Shown: piece after piece, positions 13,621-25,366 of the stretch
Layout of the letters: every line of letters starts with the position of its first letter
Numbering within the stretch: the first letter of the stretch is position 1
NCBI GenBank assembly: GCA_951406725.2
Contig: OX597819.1
Location: forward strand, 27,900,001-27,964,000
From: Octopus vulgaris
Taxonomy: Eukaryota
DNA: 64,000 nt
Direction: 5' to 3'
Notes under the pieces: model-generated
Told to the model about the DNA's origin: nothing
The model's input: the letters and a program-made list of their open reading frames with translations, nothing else
The model's database searches: none
Made by a program: the position numbers and the translations under genes

Positions 13621-14210
13621 AAGCAGTGAGCTGGCAGAATCATTAGCACGCTGAACAAAATGCTTAGTATTTCTAGCAGCTCTTTTACATTTTGAGCTCA
13701 AATGTCACCAACGACTTTACCTTTCATCTTTTCGAGGTCAATGAAATAAGTATTAGTTGAGCACTGAGGTCAATGAAATCAACAAACCCCTCTCCCCTCA
13801 AAATTGTTAGCTTTGTGCGACAATTAAAAAGAATTATTGTTAAAGTGGTGGAAAATACCCTGTAGATTAATCTTTATGATCCAAGTTAAACTCCTGCTAA
13901 TTTGATCAACTTTGCCTATCGTCCTTTTGGGGTCAGTCAAATAAAATACTAGTTAAGTACTAAGGTCAATGGAATCGACTAATCCCATCCCCTCAAAATT
14001 ACTGGCTTTGTGCCTAAATTACGAACAATTATTATAGTTAAGGGAGTGAATTGGCAGAATCCTTAGTCTCAAACAAAATGCCTTGCAGTTTTCTTCTGAC
14101 TCTTTACATTCTAAGGTCACTTTTGTCTTTCATCCTTTGGGAGTTGATAAAATAAATCACCAGTCCAAGTACTGAATCAGTGTAATCAACTAACTCCCAT
14201 TCCAAAATTT
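13621..14210 (+). mobile_element. Three tandem diverged family-B SINEs
   Basis: Head motifs at about 13621, 13843 and 14041, each followed by the cttt(t/a)tc...ggtc...aaataa core. Confidence 0.7.
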
Positions 14211-14939
14211 AAAGCTCTATTTTTTTTTTCTTGTTTCATACAGAAAATATTTGCCTTAGAAATGTCACATCCATTTTTGACACTCACGTCAAACCAAGAA
14301 TTGAGACCTTCATTAATGGTTTTTTTTTTTTTTTAAATTTCAGTCAGCATAAATAAATACTATTAGGCATTTATATGTTGCTCTCAAGGAATTCATAGGA
14401 ATTAGCAGTTAATTTTTCCAGATACAAAAAAAACGTTATTTTGTGTGATGTTACATTAGTTACTCTTGGATTTCCTTCAAAAAGTTCAGCATATATTCCA
14501 GGTAAAATATTTTTTTGTTTAATACCTTCCTAGGTAGTGAAACTTTACTGTGAAAAACGAATCGATGGAATTCTTGTAAATGTTCAAAATTGTACAACTT
14601 AATTATTTCATAAACTTGTCTCTGTCACGTACATTATGCGAGAGTAGCTTTTGTTTTTTTGTATTTTTTTTGGTTATTTACACATACATAAAAAAAAGGG
14701 ATGGTCACAACTGGAATACTTGCTTACAGGCCTGGTGAATGAGAGCTAACCTTATGGCCGAAACAACAACTTAAATAGAACATGACTGACAGCTGAGGCA
14801 TATATAGTTCTGGGAGAAATTGTTCCAGCATTGATACCTGCTTGAATATGAACCATTTCACTATACCCTCAAAGAAATGCAGCAATTTGTGGGAGGCATT
14901 CTAAGAAATTTTGAGAGCCTCTTTTGGTTTAACAAATGA

Positions 14940-15365
14940 GGCACAGGAGTGGCTGTGTGGTAAGTAGCTTGCTTACCAACCACATGGTTCCAGGCTCAGT
15001 CCCACTGTGTGACACCTTGGGCAAGTGTCTTCTACTATAGCCTCGGGCCTACCAAAGCCTTGTGAGTGGATTTGGTTGACAGAAACTGAAAGAAGTCTGT
15101 TGTATATATGTGTATGTATATATATATATATATATACATACATGTTTGTGTGTCTCTGTTTGACCCCCCCCCCCCCGACATCGTTTGACAACCGACGGTG
15201 GTGTGTTTACGTCCCCGTGACTTAGCGGTTCGGCAAAAGAGACCGGTAGAATAAGTACTAGGCTTCCAAAGAATAAGTCCTGGGGTTAATTTGCTCGACT
15301 AAAAGGCGGTGCTCCAGCATGGCTGCAGTCAAATGACTGAAACGAGTAGAAGAGAGAGAGAGAGT
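14940..15365 (+). mobile_element. Full-length family-A tRNA-derived SINE
   Basis: A box gtggctgtgtgg, B-box-like gctcagtccc, internal (TA)n, tail gcatggctgcagtcaaatgactgaaac(GA)n; collinear with 44589-44990. Confidence 0.9.
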
Positions 15366-15996
15366 AATAACGCAAAACCAACATCATCCAGTATGTTTTG
15401 TTTTTTTGGTTTTTTCTCAGACGGTCTGATGTGATTAGTTGGCGAATCAATTGCTATTTCCAGCAGACCGGATGACCACGTAGAGACTTCGTCATTGGTG
15501 GGTTCTTCCGCTGTGATTAATATTGATCGGACTGCATTACTTCCCTTAAAATTCCTGCCTTGTAGTAACTATGCAAAATAACTTACGGTACATAGTTATC
15601 TCCCTTTACTGTATCTCGTCTTGTGCCTGTTTTTAAAATTAGCATATTTATATTATTCTGCTTGTCATGTATTCTGTTAACTGGCGAACGGAAACGCAAA
15701 CACTCGATATCTTTAAAATAGTGAAACAATATTATGATAAACTGTAAATTTATGCATCAAAATAGAAATAATATTTGTAAAAGCTTTATTTCTACAAGTC
15801 CCGGAATCGTTAGCACGCTGGGCTAAATGCACATCGGCGTTTCGTCTGTCTTGTGAGTGGATTTGGTTGACAGAAACTGAAAGAAGCCCGTTTCTGTCCT
15901 CCAGCTCTCCCAATATATATTATATAATGCGTGTGTCTGTCCCCGCACTTCCGCTTGACATTCGGTGTAGGTTTGATTACGTCCACGTAACCTAGT

Positions 15997-16620
15997 GGTT
16001 CCTTTTGATGGACGGAATTTTCTACTTAACTAAACAATTTTAAACTTCGTATACTGGTAGAATGTGTCAAAAGAAAACATTAATTTCAATTAGTTTTTTT
16101 GAGAAAATTGTATTTTGTAAGTTTTACGTAGTTTAATTCTTCGAATTTTACGTAGTTTAATTCTTCGAATTTTAACCAATCGTATTCTCTGTTTTGAGCT
16201 GAAATCATTTACTGCGTCTAAACATATTGTTACTGTGACGTAAACAGCTATTTTGTGACGTAGTTAACGTAAACAGCTAAATTCGTTTGAAAAGCTTGAC
16301 ATCCTAAACAGCTAAATTCTTTTTGAAAGTCTGAGTATATATAAATTTTGGGTGTTTAAATTATTTTCCATTGCTTACATTGCTTTATAGAATTTGAAAC
16401 TTATTCGTTTTGTATAAAATTATTATTCGTTATGTTTGTGTTTACGTTTGTGCATACCTTGTTATGGTTTATTGTTAGGGTTAGAGCTATGGTCTAGAAT
16501 TGGCATCAGATAGCATACTAAATTGTAAATGGCCATGTTTACAGTATGCTAAACTGGCACTAGAGATTTAATGAAACAGTTTACCTATCAGATTTTAAGT
16601 CATGAAAGGGTTAGTTAGCA
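15997..16620 (+). mobile_element. Truncated GG...CC DNA transposon (left end plus internal sequence)
   Basis: 15997-16270 is the reverse complement of 22701-22949 and related to the MITE ends at 27752 and 51613; gttagggttagag at about 16474. Confidence 0.65.
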
Positions 16621-17292
16621 TTGTCAACACACTTCACATTTCTCTGTTTCTGTGGGCAATGAAATAAAACACTAGATAAGGAGTGGGTCAATATAGTTGA
16701 CATTATTTCCTCCTATAAAATTTTTGGCTTTGTACCTTTGTTAGAAATTCTTATTTGTACTAATATAAAGTGCGAGCAAGAGAACATCTGCAGGCTTTCC
16801 TAAACTGTTAATGTGAATGTAGATGATGTCTTTTTCAACTTGTGTAAATTAATGTCTGATGAGAATGTGATTCCATGTAGAAGCTGCCATTCTGGAGATA
16901 AATGATTGGATAAAATATTTAGTAAAAGGTTCTAGCTGTGAGACATGTTAAAGATGATGATGTGGGCTCAGTTTGATATAGTTTACAGCTTACTAATTCA
17001 CAGGAATAGTAGTGAATGTTAGGGGTTTTTTTCCCATGTTTTATTTGAACAATTTGGCTGGATAAAGGGGGCTGTATCCTTGCCTTTTGCATTCCTTCTG
17101 AGACAAAAGGCAATAGCTGTGCCTTCAAAACTGGTAAGATTGACGTAGTTGATCTTGAATAAAATGTGTGGATGGCTGCAGAGGAAATAACATGAACAAG
17201 GGAATTTCAGAAGGCTGACAATCTGGTAAGAAAGAATTTAATGCTTAGTTTGCAGGTGAATTACATACATACATAAATATGTATCATCGCAT

Positions 17293-18045
17293 ATGCGCTC
17301 TCACACTTGTGAAGAAGTCAGTCGAGCGATGCCACCTGAGCAGCTATCAAAGGACATATCTACAACAAGCATGTCATCGTCACGGCAACAGTCGCATCAC
17401 CATCATCACCACCACCCCCATCACCGTAATCATGGTCATCACCACAACCAACACCACCACCATCACCAACAGCATCAACAACAGCAGCAGCAACATCACC
17501 AGCAGCAGCCACAACAGCAGCAGCAGCAGCACCATTCATCTTCTGCTAGGGAAAACCCGAATTCAAACACCTCTCATAATTCTAATTTGTCAACAAGTGT
17601 AAGTACAACATTGTCAACTGCAGCTAATGTAGTGTCCAGTTCTACTTCTGTTGCCACTGCTGCTACTGCTGCTGGAGCTGCTACAGTAACTGTACCAGTT
17701 TACTCATCAAGCATCTCCTCCACACCAACTATGAATGTATCATTAACTTCACACAACTCTATGTCATCCGTTCCAGCCACACCGCCACCAACACCAAGCC
17801 CATCATCTCATGCTCACTCCCGTTCAGCTGCACTTCGTTTGCAGCCCCTTGCATTGTCTTCGTCCTGGATGTCTTCGACCTGGGAATCATGGGAATCCAA
17901 TTATGGTTGGTCTCACGGCTTCCGAGTCCCGCCAAGGTGGAGCTCGAGCTGGGCAAACTCCTCATCGAATCTGTCATGCGGGGTGAGGCAGAGCAAACAG
18001 CAAAACAATCGGTCACAAAACAGCCAGCAGGCTGGTGTCATCTAA
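17293..18045 (+). CDS. Orphan 250-aa His/Gln-rich then Ser/Thr/Ala-rich ORF (candidate gene, retrocopy or exon fragment)
   Basis: 753 nt without stops, ATG to TAA, higher GC and CpG than the flanks, mixed CAT/CAC/CAA/CAG codons. No recognisable domain. Confidence 0.45.
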   Translation: MRSHTCEEVSRAMPPEQLSKDISTTSMSSSRQQSHHHHHHHPHHRNHGHHHNQHHHHHQQHQQQQQQHHQQQPQQQQQQHHSSSARENPNSNTSHNSNLSTSVSTTLSTAANVVSSSTSVATAATAAGAATVTVPVYSSSISSTPTMNVSLTSHNSMSSVPATPPPTPSPSSHAHSRSAALRLQPLALSSSWMSSTWESWESNYGWSHGFRVPPRWSSSWANSSSNLSCGVRQSKQQNNRSQNSQQAGVI

Positions 18046-18215
18046 ATTAATTCAGGAATTTAATGGTGAGTTTGAAATGATTAATTACACAGGGTGACGC
18101 TATTTAAAATGTTCATTTAAAAAAAAAAATAATAGATGATCAAATCAGGTCATTTTGACTTTAACAACAAGGGAGACTCTCAACCATCTACAACCTGTGC
18201 AAAAATTTGACTATA

Positions 18216-18721
18216 TCTATATATATAAAACTCTAGTTGTGTGAGTGTCTGTCCCCTTCGATTTAGATTCCTAACTCCTCCCACATTTTGCGGTGCAGTT
18301 TAACCAAATTCGGGTATCTTATAGTCGTGATTCATATCGAGCCCGTCTGACTATTAGCGCGCGTCAACGATGAGTCTACGATTTTAAAAATAATTTAACA
18401 TCATTTTTTATTCCATTTTAATGCATAAAATGCATCGTATGTCGATGGTGGCGGAGTTGGCGTCCATGCTCACAGCTGCACCTGTTTGCTTCTCCCCCTT
18501 CCCTCCCTCGTGAAGCTGTGGGGAAGGGAATGTAAAGAAATCAACGTCGTAATGCGTTGTGAAGGAAACCAGCGTTCTTTTAGAACAACGACTTCATGGC
18601 TTGAAGACACCAAAACAAAAATGGCTAAGAAAGCCCGAATTTATAAGGGAAGTAACTCTCTAAAAATGCTTATATAGTTATTTCCCTTACAAACCCGAGC
18701 AACGCCGGGCGATACTGCTAG
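18216..18721 (+). mobile_element. Non-autonomous Helitron, longer variant
   Basis: A|TCTATATATATAAAA 5' end; 3' hairpin cccgagc-aac-gccggg followed by CTAG (18718-18721); an internal GC-richer segment of about 210 bp absent from sister copies. Confidence 0.92.
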
Positions 18722-19116
18722 TCTTTATATATAAAAGTCAAGTTGTGTGTCTGTCTCCTACGATTTAGATTCCTAACTACTCCCACATTTTGCAGTGCAG
18801 TTTAACCAAAACCGGGTATCTTATAGTCGTGATTCATATCGAGCCCTTCTGGGTATTAGCGCGCATCTATGATGGGTCTACGATTTTAAAAATAATTTAC
18901 CATCATTTTTTCCATTTTAATGCATTTTTTCGCTATTATATAAGGGAAGTAACTATCTAAAAATGTCTACGATGAGTCAACGATTTAAAAAAAAATTAAT
19001 ATCATTTTTTTTCCATTTTTATGCATTTTTTTGCTATTTTTTGGCTATAACTCTCTAAAAATGCTTATATAGTTATTTCCCTTACAAACCCAAGCAACGC
19101 CGGGCGATACTGCTAG
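18722..19116 (+). mobile_element. Non-autonomous Helitron (short family)
   Basis: TCTTTATATATAAAAG...cccaagcaacgccgggcgatactgCTAG|T; very similar to 41372-41770 and 42157-42554. Confidence 0.93.
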
Positions 19117-19289
19117 TATATATTAAAATATGTCACCTGGGAGTGAGATGTAATCTCTCAACTCATCTACGAAAGCAGCAACAACCTATTTGGCCCAAAC
19201 CAGTCTGGAAAGCATATATAAAATGATGATAGTGTAAATGTTTCTACAACAAAAAAAAAATGAATATGAGCACTCAATACATTGTGTAT

Positions 19290-19460
19290 TGTCATTGTCA
19301 TGGCAACAATCTCATCATCATCATCACCATAATCTTGCTCATCACCACAACCAACACCACCACCACCACCACCAGCAACCACAACAGCAGCAGCAGCACC
19401 ATTCATCTTTTGCAAGAGAAAACCCAAATTCAAACACTTCTCAATAATTCTAATTTATTT
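19290..19460 (+). pseudogene. Decayed copy of the His/Gln segment of the 17293 ORF
   Basis: SLSWQQSHHHHH...QQQQQHHSSFARENPNSNTSQ-stop aligns with SSSRQQSHHH...QQHHSSSARENPNSNTSHNSN; a 1-nt insertion before aattctaatt creates the stop. Confidence 0.85.
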
Positions 19461-19723
19461 ATAATGTAGTAGATACATCATAACACTACTTTTACTTGAC
19501 TCTAAGTTTCATGATTGTAGAGCATTCTCCACATGGTCAGGGCTGGAGAGAGAAACTTTCACTTCTATCATATCTGTTTTAACTCAGCACAAATGTCAAA
19601 GTCATGATAGTCTTACTTACCTATTTACACATACACACAAACACATATGATTTTGATTTTGATTTTCCAGTTTCAGCTAATGAGCTGTGGCCATGCTGGG
19701 GCACCGCCATTTATACAAACATA

Positions 19724-19776
<53 letters not shown>

Positions 19777-20249
19777 CTATACACACTTATTCTTTTGCAT
19801 ATATGTGTATATATTTATAATGTGTGTGTATTATAGATGCATACATTATATATATATATATAAAAGATGTTTACATACAATATATATATGTTATATACGT
19901 GTATATGTATGTATGAATGTATAAGTACCACAGAATTTGAATCAAACTGTTTTGATCCATACACACACACACACACACACACATACATACATACATACAT
20001 ACACACATACACACACACTCACACACATACTAAAATTACATCGTTGGAGCAGTAATTTATTTATGTATTTTTTGTTATACAATTTATTTTTAAGCTGAAT
20101 CCCTATCCTGCCATTAACCCCTTTCTTATAAAATAGTTGAAGAATCTGGGGTGTAGGAATTGGGCCAGAATTGGAACTTTTAACTTCTTGCTCTCTATCT
20201 TATGATCTCCGAAATTTAAGAATCTTGTGTTTACTGGGCTCTTATTATT

Positions 20250-20630
20250 TACTCTGACTCTGCCACCACCTCAATGCAAAGACTATCAATATCAGAATCA
20301 TCTTCACAACCACCACTACAACCATTACTACAACCTCCAATGCCACCACCACAACCATCTTCTGCAACCACAACCCCAAGACCAATACCAGCATCATATT
20401 CAAAATCACCAATTTCACCACCATTACACTCTGCAATGTCTTCAACACTACCATCCATGAGACATCCTAACATTATCAATGCCACTGCTGCCACCACCAC
20501 CTCTACAAAAACACCAACACTATAATTGCTGCCATCATACACATCCACTGTCCCCACTACACCACCACCACCACTGCCATGATAACCACATCTACCACCT
20601 CCAACACCACTATCTATGAAACATCCTAAG
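20250..20630 (+). pseudogene. Pro/Thr/Ser-rich exon-like segment with internal stop
   Basis: DSATTSMQRLSISESSSQPPLQPLLQPPMPPPQ...PTL-stop-LLPSYTSTVPTTT; CCA/ACA/TCA periodicity, no domain, almost no CpG. Confidence 0.4.
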
Positions 20631-22700
20631 TTAGATACTACTTTCACTTTCTAGTTGCTCTTTGAGTTTATTATATCTAATCTATCTCTCTAAAAGATGC
20701 AAACCAAGTAGCATTAAATGGAGAATGGATGTGAGCAGAAAGAGAGTAAGTTCCATTCCAGTTTACAACAATTATAGAATTATTCTCAAACCATAAATGA
20801 ATGGTGGAGAGGAGTGAAGGAGGAGTCATGTTTCCTCTGAGAGGTTTCAGAAGTATTATTACACTATTGTTAGAATAGCTGTGGAAAATGTAAGTTGAAA
20901 TCAAATTTGATGCTAAATTATTTTATAGTCATGTTCCCAATGAAATACACATAATCAATTTGAACAGTCTTAGTAAAATAACTACTTTCTTTAATTATTA
21001 ATCAGGTGTTTGAATCAACAAAATTATGAGATAAAGGTGAGAAGGTCAGTAGAGTGTCTATCTGCTTGTAACTATGTAGACACTTAAAATAATGAGCGAA
21101 AGCATGATATACATTACTAAGTCATACTCGCTTGCAGGCAGTCACTATGATTTTTTTTATCTGCTCATATATATGCAATGAAACATTGATGTTTCATTGT
21201 ATATTTGGACATAATAAGTAATTCTTCGTCGTCAAACTGTCCAACCCATGCCAGCATGAAACATGGATGTTAAATGATGATGACTACATGATGACACTTC
21301 ACATTATTGAAATATTGGGAATAGGAACTAGATCATCTGATGATGTTAACACGTGACAGAGTGGCTTCCTCTCCATCTGGCCCAAATATTCTACCTGTTT
21401 TATGTTCAAACCGGTCAGGCCTGGCCTCTTGCACCTATCCTAGAAAGTCAATCTAAAAATAAGCAATCAGATCAATGAAATCTCAAGGCTACAGGTAATG
21501 CATGATTAATTCAAAGCAATGTGAATAAACAATCTGAATGTTAAGGAGTTAAGATGAAACAAGAATTGAACACTGGTTTTTAACAGTGATATCAGAGATC
21601 TTTTAAATTGAATTACATTACTTTTAATATTGAAACAAACTACTGTAACAATGTGAAACAAAATAATTGCATTCTTATTTGAACCAAAATCCATCATTCT
21701 CAGTATCATAAATAAAGGTGCCAGTCGCACCTCAGTGCTTACATGTTTGTCTTGTCTAATAAATGGAAGATTACTGAACATAAGACACTTGGGTCACTCA
21801 GCCAAGTTTCATCTGAGCAATATATGTGAATGTTCTGGAAATTTGTGACCTTTTTGTATTTCAAATAATGTGAAATTCTGAGAATAATATACATTGTTGG
21901 ATACAGACATACAACTAAACTTATATATTTTAGATTTTCTCAAAAAGTCTAGCAATTGCTGACTAATACAACTAGCTTCTCTATTACTGCCCGTGTCTCT
22001 CCTCTCTTTGTTATTCTATCTACAGATAGGTTTGTGTGTGTAGTTCTCATATATACACATTCATACATTACCTCTTTTACTTGTTTCAGTTATTGAACTG
22101 TGGCCATGATGGGGCACCACCTTGAAAGGTTTAGTGAAACTAATTGCGCCCACTACATATTTTTAAGTTTGTTATTTATCAGTGTCGTTTGCTAAACCGT
22201 GAAGTTGCAAGGACATAAACAAAACAACACCAATTGTTAATTTGGGATAGGGACAAACACAAAGACATTGTCTATGATGCTACTGGATCAACTAAAATAT
22301 GTTACCCCCCTACTATATTATTGAATAGTTTTTCTTCTGTTTGTTATACCAACTACACCCTCACGCACACAAGTACATTTTTTGTAAGGTGGTTGGTGTT
22401 AAATCCAGACACAGAAACTTATGTTGCAAAGAGAAAGTATGAACAAAATGTAGTCCTGCAACTCAGTTGGGAGTGGAGGTGGAGGTACTGGCTCAGTTCT
22501 ACCCAACAAATGCCAGCATAGAAAAGTGATGATAATGCGGATCATGAATATCATCATCATCATCATCGACTAACATCCATTTTCCATGATGGCATGGGTT
22601 GGACAATTTGACTGAAATCTTGGAGAGCCAGCTGCTGCAACAGGCTCCAATCTAGTCTAGCATAATTTCTACAGCTAAATGTCCTTCCTAACGCCAACGA

Positions 22701-23201
22701 ACGTTAAGTACGTCACAAAATAGCTGTCTACGTCACGGTAACACTACGCAGCTAATGATTTCAGATCAAAACAGACAATACGATTGGTTAAAATTCGCAG
22801 ATTTAAACTAAGTTTAAACTTACAAAATAAAATTTTCTCAAAAGAAACTAGTTGAAATTAATGTTTTCTTTTGACACATTCTACCAATATACGAAGTTTC
22901 AAATTATTTAGTTAACTAGAAAATTCTGTCCATCTTTTAGAAAAGATCCCCAATCTGTTTCTTAAACGAGGGACATATTCATTATGCACAGAATGTTATT
23001 TACCTAAATGGAGGTCACCGATTGGTTAAAATTGCCGAAATGCTGGAAATTAAAGATGAAATATTTTACAACCTATAGAATTTTCTCAATAAAGCCAAGA
23101 GAAAATGATGTTTTATAAACATTCTACTAGTATACGAAGTTTAAAACTTTTTAGTTACCTAGAAATTATGTTACAAAGTGCCGTTCAAAAGGAAAAGATC
23201 C
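22701..23201 (+). mobile_element. Two abutting right ends of GG...CC DNA transposons
   Basis: Ends ...gaaaagatcc at 22949 and ...gccgttcaaaaggaaaagatcc at 23201; 22950-23201 matches 27909-28163. Confidence 0.8.
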
Positions 23202-23202
23202 A

Positions 23203-23607
23203 AGCAGGGTATTTGTAAATTGAAACCCACAATTTTTTAAGTTTGACCCTGGGCTTTGTTGATTGTCATAGCAAAGCATAATTGCACTGGGAACTGGAGG
23301 CGCTTGAACTTAAATGGCACATTTGGATGAATAAGGGACATATGTGGAATGTATGCAATCTCTCCTCGATGACAACCGGCAATAATAGTTGCTTGTAGGA
23401 CATGACTTGTCACTGTAGTTACAGTCAATCTGGTAACATTGCATAGTCGTGGTGGGTCGAAATTCCTCAGTGCACCTTTCTTTAATAAAAACTAATGCGG
23501 TGGAAGTCCTGTGGGTTGTAGAGAGTTGAGAAATTCAACTGGATAGTCAACAATGGCATGTTCGCCATATCAATAGAGACAAACGTTGAAGCATCTCCAG
23601 GTAAAAT
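23203..23607 (-). pseudogene. Helitron PIF1-like helicase remnant
   Basis: Minus-strand translation ILPGDASTFVSID / [39 protein letters not shown]...FKRLQFPVQLCFAMTINKAQGQT*KIVG: PIF1/RepHel motifs with a frameshift and stops. Confidence 0.93.
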
Positions 23608-23637
23608 GTATGTACATGTATATGAAATGGAGGTGGG

Positions 23638-23668
<31 letters not shown>

Positions 23669-23986
23669 AAGAAAGAGAGAGTGAGTGAGTGAAGATGTGT
23701 GTCGTAATGATGGATGTCTTTTAAAGTACACACTCATAGAAAATGTGACGTCGTCGTTGTATAAAATGCTTACGACAGTTGAGTTATGGAAAAGATTATA
23801 ATTTTAAATTTTTGTAATGGAAATATGTCAATGAAAATAAAGTTTAGTTGGTAGCGGAAATAGTACTGAATATTATGATATCCCACACATCAAAACCGGC
23901 AACTCAGTTTTGGAATGCATAAGGAACATACGCACATACACACACACACACATATCAAAAATATACTGAATTTATGTATAAATGGA
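23608..23986 (-). mobile_element. 5' non-coding part of the Helitron carrying the helicase remnant
   Basis: Reverse complement of 31376-31650; minus-strand start TCCATTTATACATAAA at 23986. Confidence 0.7.
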
Positions 23987-24415
23987 TATATGCATGTAAA
24001 TGTTGGTAATGTGACTTTTAGCCTCTGTTTTGCACCAATGTATCTGAAATTTGGGGAAAGGGACATATCTTCAAAGATAAACTTTTAGGCAGGACCTATA
24101 AGAGTCAGTATATTGGTATGGGGTCTGAGGATCAAAGAAGGACCCATAACTATTTACGAGGCCACTCTATTCAAATATCATAATCTTAAATTTTGAGACA
24201 ACCTCCTTTCCATTCCTAGGATCTGAAAATGCAGTCTCATCCCTTCTCGCTAAATTTCTCTCAGAGGTCCAAGTCATAAACTAAATTACTTTTTCTGATG
24301 ATTTCTATAAACCTGAGCAAAACCAGGTACTACTCTGTGCATGTGTATACTCACAGCAGTATATAAGATAAATGTAATAGAAAATTTATACATACATACA
24401 TGCGTACGTACGTAT

Positions 24416-24650
24416 ATTATGGCTGCCCACTCATTATCGAATATGGCCATTGCATGAAGCCTAACTGTTACTGGTGCTGTGATCGAATGTGACTTTTTAG
24501 CCCAGTTAAAGATCTACAATGTCTTGTACAGAATTGGCAACTAAAACATTTACCGGTAATAGCCGGCTGTAGTTGTAACTGGGCTTCATGTACCTTTGCA
24601 TGTCGTTTAAGTCCTCCTGCCGAATTACACTCTCTTCCACATGCCCGACA
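24416..24650 (-). mobile_element. 5'-truncated LINE tail (RTE-like) encoding two C2H2-type fingers
   Basis: CRACGRECNSAGGLKRHAKVH and CQFCTRHCRSLTGLKSHIRSQH, then stop, a short UTR and a simple-repeat tail; no TGEKP linker. Confidence 0.6.
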
Positions 24651-24871
24651 CACACACACACACACACACACATACAGTAAATGAATCGTAAAAAAAAATA
24701 CAAATGAAGATGATTTTCATTTTCTTGAGAAAAGAAAAATTGGTGACATTAGGGAGGAACGAACCCCAGTGGCTGACTGGAGGAGAAGGGATGTAGAAAG
24801 ATGTGTGTGTGAAATTTTCAAGATCCAGAAGGGGGAACATTTTTAAATCGATAAAACAATTAGATATCACG

Positions 24872-25140
24872 TGATCACGTGACCGAGCAGACCATCAGAT
24901 GTTGTTACACATCGCTGGTCACAATGCGTTCGCATTGTTTTTAGCTTTCAAATGATGCCACCCCGCTGGCTAAGCGAGCAGGCCAACAGAAGAAAGAGTG
25001 AGAGAAAGAGTGGTGAAGGAGTACAGCAGGGATCACCCCCCCCCCTGTCGGAGCATCGTGGAGCTTTTAGGTGTTTTCGCTCAATAAACACTCACAACGC
25101 CCGGTCTGGGAATCGAAACCGCTGGGCCATTGCGCCTCCA
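24872..25140 (-). mobile_element. Family-D tRNA-derived SINE
   Basis: Minus-strand head ggaggcgcaatggcccagcgg...ttcgattcccagaccgggcg; related head at about 57040-57140. Confidence 0.7.
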
Positions 25141-25366
25141 CTTTACGCATCGTAAAAGAAATATATAAACATAAGCGAATCGTAAAAACTTACAAAAGAG
25201 GATGTATGTATGTATTTATGTATATACATATATGTATATATCTGTGGGCGTGTGTTTGACTGTTCAGTTCTTTCGAGTAGATCAAACATGACATTGTGTT
25301 TGATCAGCTCGAGAGAATTAAACATGATTAAACATGAAAAATATCATGAAGGAATTGAAATTTTTA

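Noticed and set aside
16770-17250. Possible decayed LINE endonuclease on the minus strand
   Set aside because: Only vague motifs (SDINLH) among many stops; cannot be supported without a search.
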